Source of the DNA: Deltaproteobacteria bacterium
GTDB lineage: Bacteria > Desulfobacterota > GWC2-55-46 > UBA9637
DNA length: 52,626 nucleotides
Reading direction: 5' to 3'
Assembly: GCA_016195725.1 (NCBI GenBank)
Contig: JACPZB010000018.1
Coordinates: 1 to 52,626 of the forward strand
In this document: piece after piece, positions 9,977 through 19,248 of the stretch
How positions within the stretch are numbered: the stretch's first letter is position 1
Layout of the letters: the number at the start of each line of letters is the position of its first letter
Translations under genes and position numbers: made by a program
Notes under the pieces: model-generated
What the model was told of the DNA's origin: nothing
The model's database searches: none
The model's input: only the letters and a program-made list of their open reading frames with translations

Positions 9977-10019
9977 ATTTATTTATTTTAGACACCTAAC
10001 TAAAGAAAGGAGGGAAATC

Positions 10020-10757
10020 ATGGGCAGAAAAAACTTTTTAAAAAGGCTTTTTTATTTACTATTTGCCACGGTTATCCTGTCTGCATCTATGGTGTATGCC
10101 AATGGAATAAAAATTGAAATGACGGGAACTCCCGCTGAAGGATGGGAACATCTCTGGAGAGAGTTGATGATAGATATAACCGTCATCGGCGTGGTATTTG
10201 CAGCTGTAACCATCTATCTCCTTATTACAAATAGGAGAAAGAGACCGGGCGACGAAGGGCAGGGGCCGAAGCTCAGTCCCCTGGCGGCATTTGGATGGGT
10301 TGTTATTCCGATATTTGTATTCATGGCAGACGACATCTATCTTGCAGCAGAGAGTTTTGAGCTCTGGGGTAATTACAGAAACGTCCCTGCAAATGCCCTG
10401 GTGATAAATGTTGAAGGGTATATGTGGGGTTGGGATGTCAAGTATCCTGAAAAGATAATCATAACCAATGAACTCCGGGTTCCGGCAGGAAGGCCGATTC
10501 ATATAAAACTTACCAGCCGTGATGTGGTGCACAGCTTCTTCATACCTGATTTCCATGTGAAATGGGATGCGGTCAAAGGTAGAGAAAACTATCTCTGGTT
10601 TTATCCCAAGCAAGTTGAGGCTGGAGAGCATGTTATGACCTGCACAGAATTCTGCGGAATGCTTCATTCAAGCATGTTTGGTAAGGTCATTGTCATGCCT
10701 GAGAATGAATTTAACAAGTGGATTGAAGATAACAAGCCAAAAGGAGGGAATGTATGA
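10020..10757 (+). CDS. ctaC: Heme-copper oxidase subunit II (CuA)
   Basis: DVVHSF and CTEFCGMLHSSM CuA ligands; RBS aggagg before ATG 10020. Confidence 0.94.
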   Translation: MGRKNFLKRLFYLLFATVILSASMVYANGIKIEMTGTPAEGWEHLWRELMIDITVIGVVFAAVTIYLLITNRRKRPGDEGQGPKLSPLAAFGWVVIPIFVFMADDIYLAAESFELWGNYRNVPANALVINVEGYMWGWDVKYPEKIIITNELRVPAGRPIHIKLTSRDVVHSFFIPDFHVKWDAVKGRENYLWFYPKQVEAGEHVMTCTEFCGMLHSSMFGKVIVMPENEFNKWIEDNKPKGGNV

Positions 10758-12364
10758 GTGTAGCATCTCAAGCCTTAACGGCACAGTCTAAATTCAGCCT
10801 TAAAGAATGGATATTTACTACAGATCATAAGAGAGTAGCCATACTCTATCTTATAGGTTCCTTTGCTGCCTTCTTTGTGGCAGGAATAATGGCCATGCTC
10901 ATGAGGACAGAGCTGGCAACTGTAGGGCCTACCATAACATCAAATCCAACAAATTATAATGTGTGGCTCTATTTCCACGGCGCGGCAATGATACTCGGTT
11001 ATCAGATACCCTCGCTTACAGGATTTTTTGCCAACTACTATGTCCCGCTCATGATCGGCGCGAAGGATGTGGCATTCCCCAGGCTTAATGCATTGAGCGT
11101 ATGGCTTTACTGGATGGGGATTGTGCTGGCCCTTCTCACATTTGTAATACCTGATCCGCCAGACATTATGTGGACAGGCTATCCACCTTATTCAATTATT
11201 ACACCTGGCAATACAGCATTCTACACCTTTACAGTTCTTCTCATAGGATTTTCTTCCATTGCCGGCGGGGTTAATTTCCTGACCACCATAATCCGCATGC
11301 GGGCCCCGGGCATAACATGGAATAAGCTCAACATCTTTATCTGGTGCACCATGGCCGCATTCGTCATGCAGGTTATATTTGTCCCGATCTTGGGCACGGC
11401 GGTTACACTGCTTTCTTTTGACAAGTACCTCGGCACCCATTTCTTTGATGCCAATGCAGGCGGGACCCCCCTTATATATGAAAATCTATTCTGGTTCTAC
11501 TCTCACCCCGCAGTCTATGTAATCCTGCTTCCAGGGGTTGGCCTAATCTATGAGATAGTGGCGACATTTGCCAGAAATAGGGTCTTTAACTATAAAGGGG
11601 TTGTATACGGCGGCATCTGGGGTACTGTCCTTTTAAGCGGCGTTGTCTGGGGTCATCACATCTATGTCTCAGCTATCCCAAGTTGGCTTGCCCTGATCAT
11701 AACCTTTACAACGCTTTTAATAAGCATTCCAGTGGGTTTGTTGGTGATAGGCATAGTAGGTACTCTCTATAAAGGTTCTATTGAATTCAAAACCCCCATG
11801 CTCTATGCAGTAGGGTTCATGTTCCTCTTCCTTATAGGAGGACTCACAGGCATACCCAATGCCATGTCCGCTATATATATTCACATCCACGGCACCCAGT
11901 GGATTACAGGACACTTCCATTATGTCATGGCTGTTTCAGTAACTACTGCCATCATAGGAGGCACATATTATGTCTGGCCAAAGATGACAGGAAAGATGTA
12001 TAATGAGACCCTTGGAAAGCTCGGATTCTGGCTTTTCTTTATAGGTGTGAATATCACTTTCTCTCTTACCATGTGGTTGGGCTATAAGGGATGGCCAAGA
12101 CGTTACTATGATTATTCACAGTTTCCTCAGTTTCAGGGTACACAGCAGATAATAACAGCGGGTTCGTATATAATATTCCTTGGCGCATTGGTTACCCTGA
12201 TAACATGGATACATTCGCTCATCTGGGGAGAGAAGGCCCCGCAGAATCCCTGGGGCTCAAAATCCCTTGAATGGACCCATGCTCCGACGCCTCCTCCTCC
12301 TGGAAACTATCCGGAACCGCTGAAACTCTCTGAAGATTGGCACCCTTATGGTTATGGGAAATAA
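10754..12364 (+). CDS. ctaD: Heme-copper oxidase subunit I, A2-type, with K-channel residues substituted
   Basis: TTDHK, KDVAFPRLN, WTGYPP, WFYSHPAVY, WGHH, GHFHY and PRRY. Confidence 0.94.
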   Translation: MSVASQALTAQSKFSLKEWIFTTDHKRVAILYLIGSFAAFFVAGIMAMLMRTELATVGPTITSNPTNYNVWLYFHGAAMILGYQIPSLTGFFANYYVPLMIGAKDVAFPRLNALSVWLYWMGIVLALLTFVIPDPPDIMWTGYPPYSIITPGNTAFYTFTVLLIGFSSIAGGVNFLTTIIRMRAPGITWNKLNIFIWCTMAAFVMQVIFVPILGTAVTLLSFDKYLGTHFFDANAGGTPLIYENLFWFYSHPAVYVILLPGVGLIYEIVATFARNRVFNYKGVVYGGIWGTVLLSGVVWGHHIYVSAIPSWLALIITFTTLLISIPVGLLVIGIVGTLYKGSIEFKTPMLYAVGFMFLFLIGGLTGIPNAMSAIYIHIHGTQWITGHFHYVMAVSVTTAIIGGTYYVWPKMTGKMYNETLGKLGFWLFFIGVNITFSLTMWLGYKGWPRRYYDYSQFPQFQGTQQIITAGSYIIFLGALVTLITWIHSLIWGEKAPQNPWGSKSLEWTHAPTPPPPGNYPEPLKLSEDWHPYGYGK

Positions 12365-12376
12365 AATTAGTCCTGT

Positions 12377-12409
12377 CTCACCCCTCTCCTATAACGGGAG
12401 AGGGGTGAG
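12377..12409. other. 13-bp GC-rich hairpin between ctaD and the heme O synthase gene
   Basis: ctcacccctctcc / ggagaggggtgag with no U-tract, so an mRNA-stabilising or REP-like hairpin is more likely than a terminator. Confidence 0.6.
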
Positions 12410-12427
12410 GTTATTTGGGGAATACCT

Positions 12428-13294
12428 ATGCTGAGCACCATAAAAAATTACCTCCCTCTCTTTAAATTCAGAATATGCTCTTTCATTACATTCAGCGCAG
12501 TTGTCGGTCTTATATCTACCTCCCCTATTAATATCTCAGCATCACATATCCTTGCATTAATAGTCGTTACCATGATGGCATCTGCAGGCGCCAGTATGTT
12601 CAACCATTACTTTGATATGGATATAGATGGAGTAATGCAGAGGACAAAGAAAAGGCCTATGCCGTCCGACAGGATTGGCGATTCAAAGGTCATCTTATTG
12701 ACAGCCGTTGGGATTTTTATTATATCCATCCTTCTTTCATATAAGATACTTAACTACATGGCCGGGCTGCATCTGTTCCTCGGCGGATTTGTATATGCCG
12801 TAGTTTATACAATATGGCTTAAGAGGAGGAGTTGGCTCAATATCGTAATAGGCGGCCTTGCAGGGAGTTTTGCTGTACTTGCAGGAGGCGCATCTGCAAC
12901 CCCCGAACTCTGTCTTCCACCAGTACTTCTCGCCATAACCATGTTTTTCTGGACGCCGTCCCACTTCTGGAGCTTTGCCATACTCTACAAGGAAGAATAC
13001 GAAAAGGCGGGCATCCCTATGCTTCCCAATGTAATAGGGGATTCGAAGACAGCAAGATATATTCTCATCAATACAATTCTTTTGGTTGTATCATCTTTTT
13101 TACCTTTACTTTTTGGTTATTTTGGCTTTTTTTATATTGCAGCAGCCGTTAGTTTTGGAACATTTTTTATCATAAGAAATATACAACTTCTATCCAATAT
13201 ATCAAAAGAGATCGCATGGAAGAATTTTAAGGCATCTATGATATATCTTGGAGGCCTTTTTCTGGCCGTTATAATAGATGTTATCACCAGGTAG
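12428..13294 (+). CDS. cyoE: Protoheme IX farnesyltransferase (heme O synthase)
   Basis: NHYFDMDIDGVMQRTKKRP, YTIWLKR, NIVIGG and FWTPSHFW. Confidence 0.95.
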   Translation: MLSTIKNYLPLFKFRICSFITFSAVVGLISTSPINISASHILALIVVTMMASAGASMFNHYFDMDIDGVMQRTKKRPMPSDRIGDSKVILLTAVGIFIISILLSYKILNYMAGLHLFLGGFVYAVVYTIWLKRRSWLNIVIGGLAGSFAVLAGGASATPELCLPPVLLAITMFFWTPSHFWSFAILYKEEYEKAGIPMLPNVIGDSKTARYILINTILLVVSSFLPLLFGYFGFFYIAAAVSFGTFFIIRNIQLLSNISKEIAWKNFKASMIYLGGLFLAVIIDVITR

Positions 13295-13300
13295 AAAGTT

Positions 13301-14122
13301 ATGAGGATCCTTAAGGCAATTTCTCTTTTTATAATGCTTGCAACTTTCTTAAACACAGTCCCCTCGTTTTCGCTTACTGCAAAAGATGAAGAGACTGCCA
13401 TCAAATTATCAAACAAAGTCATTGGAAATTATCTGGGTGAGTATACCCTTATTGACCAGGATGGCAAGAATTTCAGGTTAAAAGAGTTTTTGGGTAAACC
13501 TCTGCTTATAAGCTTCATATACACAAGTTGCGGACATATCTGCCCCACCATAACAATGAATCTCAAGAAAGCTATCAAAGAGGCAGGCAGGGATTTTGGC
13601 GTAAAATTTAATGCTATAATTATCGGCTTTGATGTGGAGAACGATACGCCGCAGAGGATGAAGGAATACGGAAGCAACTTCACGGATGATTTTAAAAACT
13701 GGAGATTTGCCGCAGCGAATAAGGAGACAATAGATAAGCTGGCAAAAGATATTGGTTTTTATTACAGAAAGGTTGAGGGGGGATTTGACCACCTGAATTT
13801 TGTAACAGTGGTTGACAAAGATGGAAAGATATATAAACAGGTTTATGGCATGGATTTCAAACCTCAGGATATATTGCAGCCCGTATATCAATCTCTATCA
13901 CCACAAAAAAGTGGCTTCATTGCACAACCTTCAGGCATAATAGGAAAGCTCCTGCTCTTCTGCTACAAATACGACGAGGCAACAGGCACATACAAGCTGG
14001 ATTATGGGATGTTGATACCAATGATAATAGGTCCAATCTTTTCTATAGGTGTTATGATATCACTAATCATCTACCTCTTCCGGGGCAGTGAAATAAAAGG
14101 CAAGGCTATCAAGCCGCACTAA
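13301..14122 (+). CDS. SCO/SenC copper chaperone
   Basis: DQDG, YTSCGHICP (CxxxC), FDH and a C-terminal TM. Confidence 0.93.
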   Translation: MRILKAISLFIMLATFLNTVPSFSLTAKDEETAIKLSNKVIGNYLGEYTLIDQDGKNFRLKEFLGKPLLISFIYTSCGHICPTITMNLKKAIKEAGRDFGVKFNAIIIGFDVENDTPQRMKEYGSNFTDDFKNWRFAAANKETIDKLAKDIGFYYRKVEGGFDHLNFVTVVDKDGKIYKQVYGMDFKPQDILQPVYQSLSPQKSGFIAQPSGIIGKLLLFCYKYDEATGTYKLDYGMLIPMIIGPIFSIGVMISLIIYLFRGSEIKGKAIKPH

Positions 14123-14224
14123 GTGCGTAGAATGTTATTATAAAGAACAAGTATAAACTTTCAAGCAATCTCACTCTTCCGGTCTGTCTGGCCGCATAAA
14201 CTCCAATACTCATTGCAACCATTG

Positions 14225-14258
14225 AAACTATTGACAATAGTTTGCATATTGCTACAAT
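14225..14258 (+). promoter_or_regulatory. sigma70 promoter of proA with a palindrome over the -35
   Basis: TTGACA at 14231-14236, TGcTACAAT at 14250-14258; perfect 9-1-9 palindrome aaactattg-a-caatagttt. Confidence 0.65.
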
Positions 14259-14284
14259 AGCCAAAAATCATTAGAGGTGTTTTT

Positions 14285-15541
14285 ATGTCCATAAAATCTG
14301 ATATCCAGCGCATAACCCAATCAGCCCGGCAGGCGTCTTTGAAACTGGCCAACCTGAACACATCTGTAAAAAACAATGCCTTATTAAGAATGGCTGACGA
14401 ACTTTTAAAAAATGCGGATGCAATGAAAAAGACAAACAAAAAAGACCTTCAGGCCGCAGAAGGTAAAGGGCTGTCTAAGGCCATGATAGACAGGCTTACC
14501 ATAAGCGACAAGGTCTTAAAGACCATGGCAGATGGCATCAGAGAGGTAGCAGCCCTGTCTGACCCTGTTGGCGAAATCACAAAAATGTGGAAAAGGCCGA
14601 ACGGACTTCTTGTTGGAAGGATGAGGATACCTCTCGGTGTCATTGGCATAATCTATGAGGCAAGGCCGAATGTTACTGCAGATGCGGCAGCTCTCTGCTT
14701 AAAATCCGGCAATGCCGTGGTTCTCAGGGGCGGCTCAGAGGCAATCAATTCAAATCTCGCCATTGCAAAGGTTTTGCAGGATGCTTGCAAAAAAGAGGGG
14801 ATTCCGGATACTGCAATCCAGGTTGTTCCAACAACTGACAGGGAAGCAGTGCTGGAGATGCTCAAACTTGAAGAGTATATTGATTTAATTATTCCGAGGG
14901 GTGGTGAAGGACTTATACGGTTTGTTGTAGACAACTCAAAGATTCCTGTCATCAAACACTATAAGGGTGTATGCCACATATTTGTTGATGAATTTGCAGA
15001 CATGGATATGGCAGAGAAGGTCTGCTTCAATGCAAAGGTGCAAAGGCCGGGTGTGTGCAATGCAATGGAGACTCTTTTGGTTCATAAAAAGATTGCCAAT
15101 GAGTTTCTGCCGAAAATGGGGAAAAAATATCAGGATGCCCATGTTGAAATAAGGGGCTGCGAAGAAACAAGAAAGATTCTCCCGTATGCAAGGCCAGCAG
15201 AAGAAGAAGACTGGTCTACAGAGTATCTTGATTTAATCCTATCAGTTAAAATTGTGAAAGATTTAGATGAGGCAATAAACCACATCGCAAAATACGGCTC
15301 TCTTCATACTGAATCAATTATCACAAAGGATTATAGCAATAGCCAGAGATTTTTAAGAGAGGTCAATTCTTCAACGGTCCTTGTTAATGCCTCTACACGA
15401 TTCTCTGACGGTTTTCAGCTCGGCCTCGGCGCAGAGATTGGCATATCTACAACAAAGATCCACGCCTTCGGCCCGATGGGGCTTGAGGAACTTACCACGC
15501 AGAAGTTTATCATTTTTGGAGATGGGCAGGTGAGAGAGTAA
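14285..15541 (+). CDS. proA: Gamma-glutamyl phosphate reductase
   Basis: [38 protein letters not shown] and GPMGL. Confidence 0.97.
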   Translation: MSIKSDIQRITQSARQASLKLANLNTSVKNNALLRMADELLKNADAMKKTNKKDLQAAEGKGLSKAMIDRLTISDKVLKTMADGIREVAALSDPVGEITKMWKRPNGLLVGRMRIPLGVIGIIYEARPNVTADAAALCLKSGNAVVLRGGSEAINSNLAIAKVLQDACKKEGIPDTAIQVVPTTDREAVLEMLKLEEYIDLIIPRGGEGLIRFVVDNSKIPVIKHYKGVCHIFVDEFADMDMAEKVCFNAKVQRPGVCNAMETLLVHKKIANEFLPKMGKKYQDAHVEIRGCEETRKILPYARPAEEEDWSTEYLDLILSVKIVKDLDEAINHIAKYGSLHTESIITKDYSNSQRFLREVNSSTVLVNASTRFSDGFQLGLGAEIGISTTKIHAFGPMGLEELTTQKFIIFGDGQVRE

Positions 15542-15546
15542 GAAAC

Positions 15547-16341
15547 CTATTTCTCCAAGTCCTCATACCTCCTCCACCGGTAAGGAAGGTCTCTGATAGT
15601 GCCGGGCTCTTTTATATCCGTCAATGCCTCTAATGCCTTTTTTAAGACAATGGCCTGCTGTTTTATGTTGAACGGCTCACCCAACGGATGTCCCAGAGGC
15701 CATTTCAAAAAAACAGCCCGCGGTGGTTTTATTTCTTCTGTGAATTTGCGCACAATGGAGATGCTTATAGTTGGTATGCCATACTTTTCTATCTCCCTCT
15801 GTATCAGTCCAACGGACCGATTGCACAAGCCTCAGCCAGGGGTTAAAAGCACTGCATCAACGCCTTGCGCCCTTAATTTTTCCGCCACCTCTTGCGCAGT
15901 TCCATTTATAAGCGTATAGATATGGCCGCCGTCTATATGCCCCATAAAACCAAAGTTTATTTCCGCAATATCAGCTATTTCACCTCTCTCTTTCAACTCT
16001 TTAAGCCTGTCTATGGGAAAAACGATGTTTATATCTTTATCTGCATCTTTATGGTCATAGTAATCGTGGGTTATGATAAATTGCCCTTTTGGAGTGTCTC
16101 GCGGGATTTCTCGAAAGGTGGGGTCTCCATTTGGGTCTTTCATGTTAAACGGTTTTTGGCTTTTGAGATGCACTCCTGCGGTTGTGGCAAGGGCTATCTT
16201 GCAGTCTTTGACAGGCTTTGTCAGAGGCGCCCATGGAATATCTTGTGCCTTCCACGGCGCAGCCTTTTTAACCCATCTTTCTACAAGGAATGGGAATTTG
16301 GTGAAGAGTTTTGATATGAGTTGGTTTTTTAATCTGCCCAT
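15547..16341 (-). CDS. PrdB/GrdB-like selenoprotein, 264 aa, with Sec at UGA 15834-15832 (UxxC)
   Basis: The two track ORFs are in frame across one TGA: LLTPG-U-GLCNRSVGLIQREIE. IALATTAGVH, GDPTFR, HDYYD and DINIVFPIDRL are typical of the family; a SECIS-like hairpin follows the TGA. Confidence 0.88.
15803..15821 (-). promoter_or_regulatory. Bacterial SECIS-like hairpin
   Basis: ATCGGTCC-GTT-GGACTGAT stem, with a G-led apical loop starting 18 nt after the UGA. Confidence 0.75.
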
Positions 16342-16467
16342 AAGAGACGGCTTCGCAACAGGTCGGGCGCTTTTTACTTTGCCGGTTAAGGTTTGACTTT
16401 TACACTATCAGGATTTGGCAAGCAGTCAGAAATTAAAACAAGAAAATATTTTGAGCTTAGCGTTTGC

Positions 16468-16597
16468 TATACAAACGCAAGATTTGAGCCAAAGACAAGG
16501 AAAAGGTGGCTGGACAAAACGGAGCATACTCTTTTATGTATGTGAGTATTTGGACAGCCACCTTTGACACAGCATTTGGCCAAAGATTGCGTTTGAC
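16468..16597. repeat. ERIC-like ~130-bp palindromic element
   Basis: Begins TATAC; nested IRs caaacgcaa/ttgcgtttg, gccaaa/tttggc, aaaggtggctg/cagccaccttt and catac/gtatg. Confidence 0.8.
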
Positions 16598-16615
16598 TAA
16601 TTGGGCAGTTTAGCG

Positions 16616-16684
16616 TCATGCCCAGGACCATGTATGGCAACCGTCGCTGCAATGGGCGGTCCTTGGAATCATGAATCGTTTCAT
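16616..16684 (-). CDS. Unannotated 22-aa peptide MKRFMIPRTAHCSDGCHTWSWA
   Basis: RBS GAAAGGGGTG (16700-16691) and a perfect extended -10 TGcTATAAT (16726-16718) upstream. Confidence 0.55.
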   Translation of the reverse strand: MKRFMIPRTAHCSDGCHTWSWA

Positions 16685-16805
16685 TTTCATCACCCCTTTC
16701 GGCCTGTAATCGTACCAATTATAGCACATATTTTCTATAAATCCGTACGAGAAACATTTTTCTTACCTATACAGCGGACTTAAAGTTTTGATTAAAATCT
16801 TTTCT

Positions 16806-17987
16806 TTAATTGGCGGCAGAGAAACAGCCTTTCACCCATCTAACGATTAACCTCCACGGCTTCGCCTTAACTCGCGACACTATTGCCGCATAGAATTCTT
16901 TGTAACTTTCCTCTCCCCTGACAACATTATAATATTTTTCCATGAGCGAAGGCTCTGACTCCAATATGCGATACCACAATCTTGGATAATTATAAACCCA
17001 ATTCCCTACTTTGGCTGCTGCCTCAAGTTCAGGATATAGCTCTGCTGCTACCGCCTCATTATAGCGGCTCAAGTCTATTTTATCATCATTTATTCTTTCT
17101 GATATAACCTTTGCGGCAAGCTGGCCGCTCCTTATAGCATAGTATATGCCTTCTCCGAGAAACGGGTCAACCAAATGTGCTGCATCACCTACCGCCAAAA
17201 TCCTCCCCTTAACTATCCTCTGCATCGTGTCATTAAAATAGGGTATTGTCCAACCGTGCATACTGCTTATGGTTGCCTGAGAAAGGCTCTTTTCCTTCTG
17301 AACAAAATCCGCAAAATATCTCTTTACGCGGCCTTTAACTTTTTTAGAAAGACCAGCTATGCCTACTGAGAGGCTGTTAGCTTTGGGAAAAACCCATGCA
17401 TATCCATGCGGTATGCAGCCAAAATCTATCAGAAGTTTTCCCTTTAAGGCTCCAAGTTTTCCTTTGTCAAAGGAAATCTCAGCCTCAATCGCAACAGCGC
17501 AAGCCTTTGCATCAAGCTCCAGCACCTCTCTTCCTACAAAACCATTTGCACCATCAGCGCCTATCAAAATCTTTGTCTTGTATAAACCTTGAGAAGTTTT
17601 GATATCTATAGAGTCGCCTGCCTCAGCAACAGCGGTTATCTTTTCCCCTTCCCTAATATCTGCGCCGGCTTCTTTTGCCTTTTCCTTTAAAAGGTTGTCA
17701 AATCTATCCCTGCTTACATTATAACCAATGACCTTTTGAGATAGTATAGGAAGAGACCTTCTTGACCTGTATGTGAAAATAGCGCCGTAAACTGTATCCT
17801 CTACAACTGCCTTGAAATCAAACGGCAATATCTTTTCAACCTTTAAGGATACGCAACCGCCGCACGGTTTATATCTGGGAAATTTTTCCTTATCAAAGGC
17901 AAGAACCTTTAACCCTCTGGAGGCGAGATCATAGGCAGCAGCTGCACCTGCGGGACCAAGACCGGACACAATCACATCATATATCAT
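16806..17987 (-). CDS. Geranylgeranyl reductase-family FAD oxidoreductase
   Basis: GLGPAG, FPRYKPCGG, IGADG, GYAWVFPK and GDAA..VDPFLGEGI. Confidence 0.92.
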   Translation of the reverse strand: MIYDVIVSGLGPAGAAAAYDLASRGLKVLAFDKEKFPRYKPCGGCVSLKVEKILPFDFKAVVEDTVYGAIFTYRSRRSLPILSQKVIGYNVSRDRFDNLLKEKAKEAGADIREGEKITAVAEAGDSIDIKTSQGLYKTKILIGADGANGFVGREVLELDAKACAVAIEAEISFDKGKLGALKGKLLIDFGCIPHGYAWVFPKANSLSVGIAGLSKKVKGRVKRYFADFVQKEKSLSQATISSMHGWTIPYFNDTMQRIVKGRILAVGDAAHLVDPFLGEGIYYAIRSGQLAAKVISERINDDKIDLSRYNEAVAAELYPELEAAAKVGNWVYNYPRLWYRILESEPSLMEKYYNVVRGEESYKEFYAAIVSRVKAKPWRLIVRWVKGCFSAAN

Positions 17988-17999
17988 ACATCATGAATT

Positions 18000-18542
18000 T
18001 TATTCTAATTCCTTTTCTACACTGAATTCCATAAAATCGGCCCAAAAGCCTGTGCGCACAATAGACCCGTGCTCCCATCTCAAAAGCTTCAGGTGATTTC
18101 TTTCCATGTCAAGAATCTTTGTAATGACCGTCTTCTCATCCGGCTCACTTGCAGCCTTCAGCAGTCCTGAATAAAAATGAACAGCCTTTTCTTCTACTTC
18201 CACAGCAATAGTTACCGCACCTATTTCTGTCGGGTTCTGTTTCAACCTCTTTGTAAGCTCATTTTCTTCTAAAAATATAGGCGCCCCGCCTTTGTTCGGC
18301 ACTCCCTGGGCAACCGCATCATTGTAAGAAAGCCATCCTCCGCCGACATTGAATGACCTATTTATGGCACTCAATACTGTTATATGTTCAAGTTCTTCCT
18401 TAGCTAAATGACGAAACACATTTTGTCCATGCTCATCCTTTATTGCATTGGAGGCGGCGATGTAGAAACTATATCCTTCCATCTCAGTACGGACTGCTGT
18501 TTTAAGATTCTCTATAACTTTCTCTATAACCTTCTCCTTCAT
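18000..18542 (-). CDS. Rubrerythrin/ferritin-like diiron protein without a rubredoxin domain
   Basis: E..GYSFY, LAKEELEH, EEKAVHFY and MERNH; GGAGG before ATG 18542. Confidence 0.85.
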   Translation of the reverse strand: MKEKVIEKVIENLKTAVRTEMEGYSFYIAASNAIKDEHGQNVFRHLAKEELEHITVLSAINRSFNVGGGWLSYNDAVAQGVPNKGGAPIFLEENELTKRLKQNPTEIGAVTIAVEVEEKAVHFYSGLLKAASEPDEKTVITKILDMERNHLKLLRWEHGSIVRTGFWADFMEFSVEKELE

Positions 18543-18562
18543 CAAGCACCTCCAAAACACCG

Positions 18563-18664
18563 TCTAAAAGTCTAATAACCTACAACTCAATAAGCCAGCT
18601 CAGAGGGCGAGTGATAGGGCAGTTAAAAACTTTGAGATTAACGACTTGTAGACTTTTAGGCTGT
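18563..18664. repeat. Inverted 8-mer tandem array
   Basis: gtctaaaa-gtctaata-acctacaa facing ttgtagac-ttttaggc. Confidence 0.55.
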
Positions 18665-18673
18665 TTTTCTTAT

Positions 18674-18838
18674 TTATCGTCTCCCTGTATCTGTCCGCCC
18701 TGCCTTTTCTACATCTTTCTTCTTTTCCAGCGCCTCGCCTCTTATCTTTTCCTCGCAGGCATGACATATGGTAGCCTCTGACGGCTTGCCGCAGATCGTG
18801 CAGACATGTTTTTTTTCTTTTCTTTCCTTTTCTTCCAT
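18674..18838 (-). CDS. Small zinc-ribbon protein
   Basis: CTIC-x8-CHAC; RBS aaggag. Confidence 0.75.
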   Translation of the reverse strand: MEEKERKEKKHVCTICGKPSEATICHACEEKIRGEALEKKKDVEKAGRTDTGRR

Positions 18839-18884
18839 AATCTCTCCTTTTTGCAATAAGCTGTTTAATTTAGTTTGCTCTTCG

Positions 18885-18982
18885 CCCCGTTAGAAATCTT
18901 CAGATGAACATCAAACTTTATGAGCGATTCTTAGAGCTTAGAGATAGCACAAGCTTCATTATTCTATAAATTTCTAACAGGG
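18885..18982. mobile_element. MITE-like element with CCCCGTTAGAAAT terminal inverted repeats
   Basis: ccccgttagaaat ... atttctaacaggg; supplies the last codons (PVRNL*) of the neighbouring ORF. Confidence 0.6.
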
Positions 18983-19248
18983 TTCATTTTTTTATTACAG
19001 CAAACAGGCTCTAATTTTTCCACATCCTTTATTACCATAAGCTCGCTGCGGCATACAGAGCAAACATACACGGTATTTACCGCCTCAAGCATAATCATTT
19101 TTGTATTGCAGCATATTGGTTTCAACTCCCCGCTGCCGCTTTTGATGACAGAAAGTTCTGCGCCGCAAACAGGGCACCGGTAAATACGACCCAGTATATT
19201 TCTACTCTTCACAGCGGTTTTACCAACTAATGTTTTACCTGATATCAT
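18964..19248 (-). CDS. Tandem desulforedoxin-like domain protein
   Basis: YRCPVCG..PICC and YVCSVC..PVCC; the start (ATG 19248 or GTG 19212) is uncertain. Confidence 0.78.
   Translation of the reverse strand: MISGKTLVGKTAVKSRNILGRIYRCPVCGAELSVIKSGSGELKPICCNTKMIMLEAVNTVYVCSVCRSELMVIKDVEKLEPVCCNKKMNPVRNL

Noticed and set aside
10754-12364. Calling subunit I a known nitric oxide reductase
   Set aside because: It keeps the HPxVY cross-link Tyr, a D-channel, CuA subunit II and subunit III, and lacks the Glu pattern of cNOR/qNOR. NO reduction stays a hypothesis.
16610-16618. Sec readthrough of the micro-peptide TGA (giving ..WAUR*)
   Set aside because: No SECIS-like hairpin is evident at the proper distance downstream.
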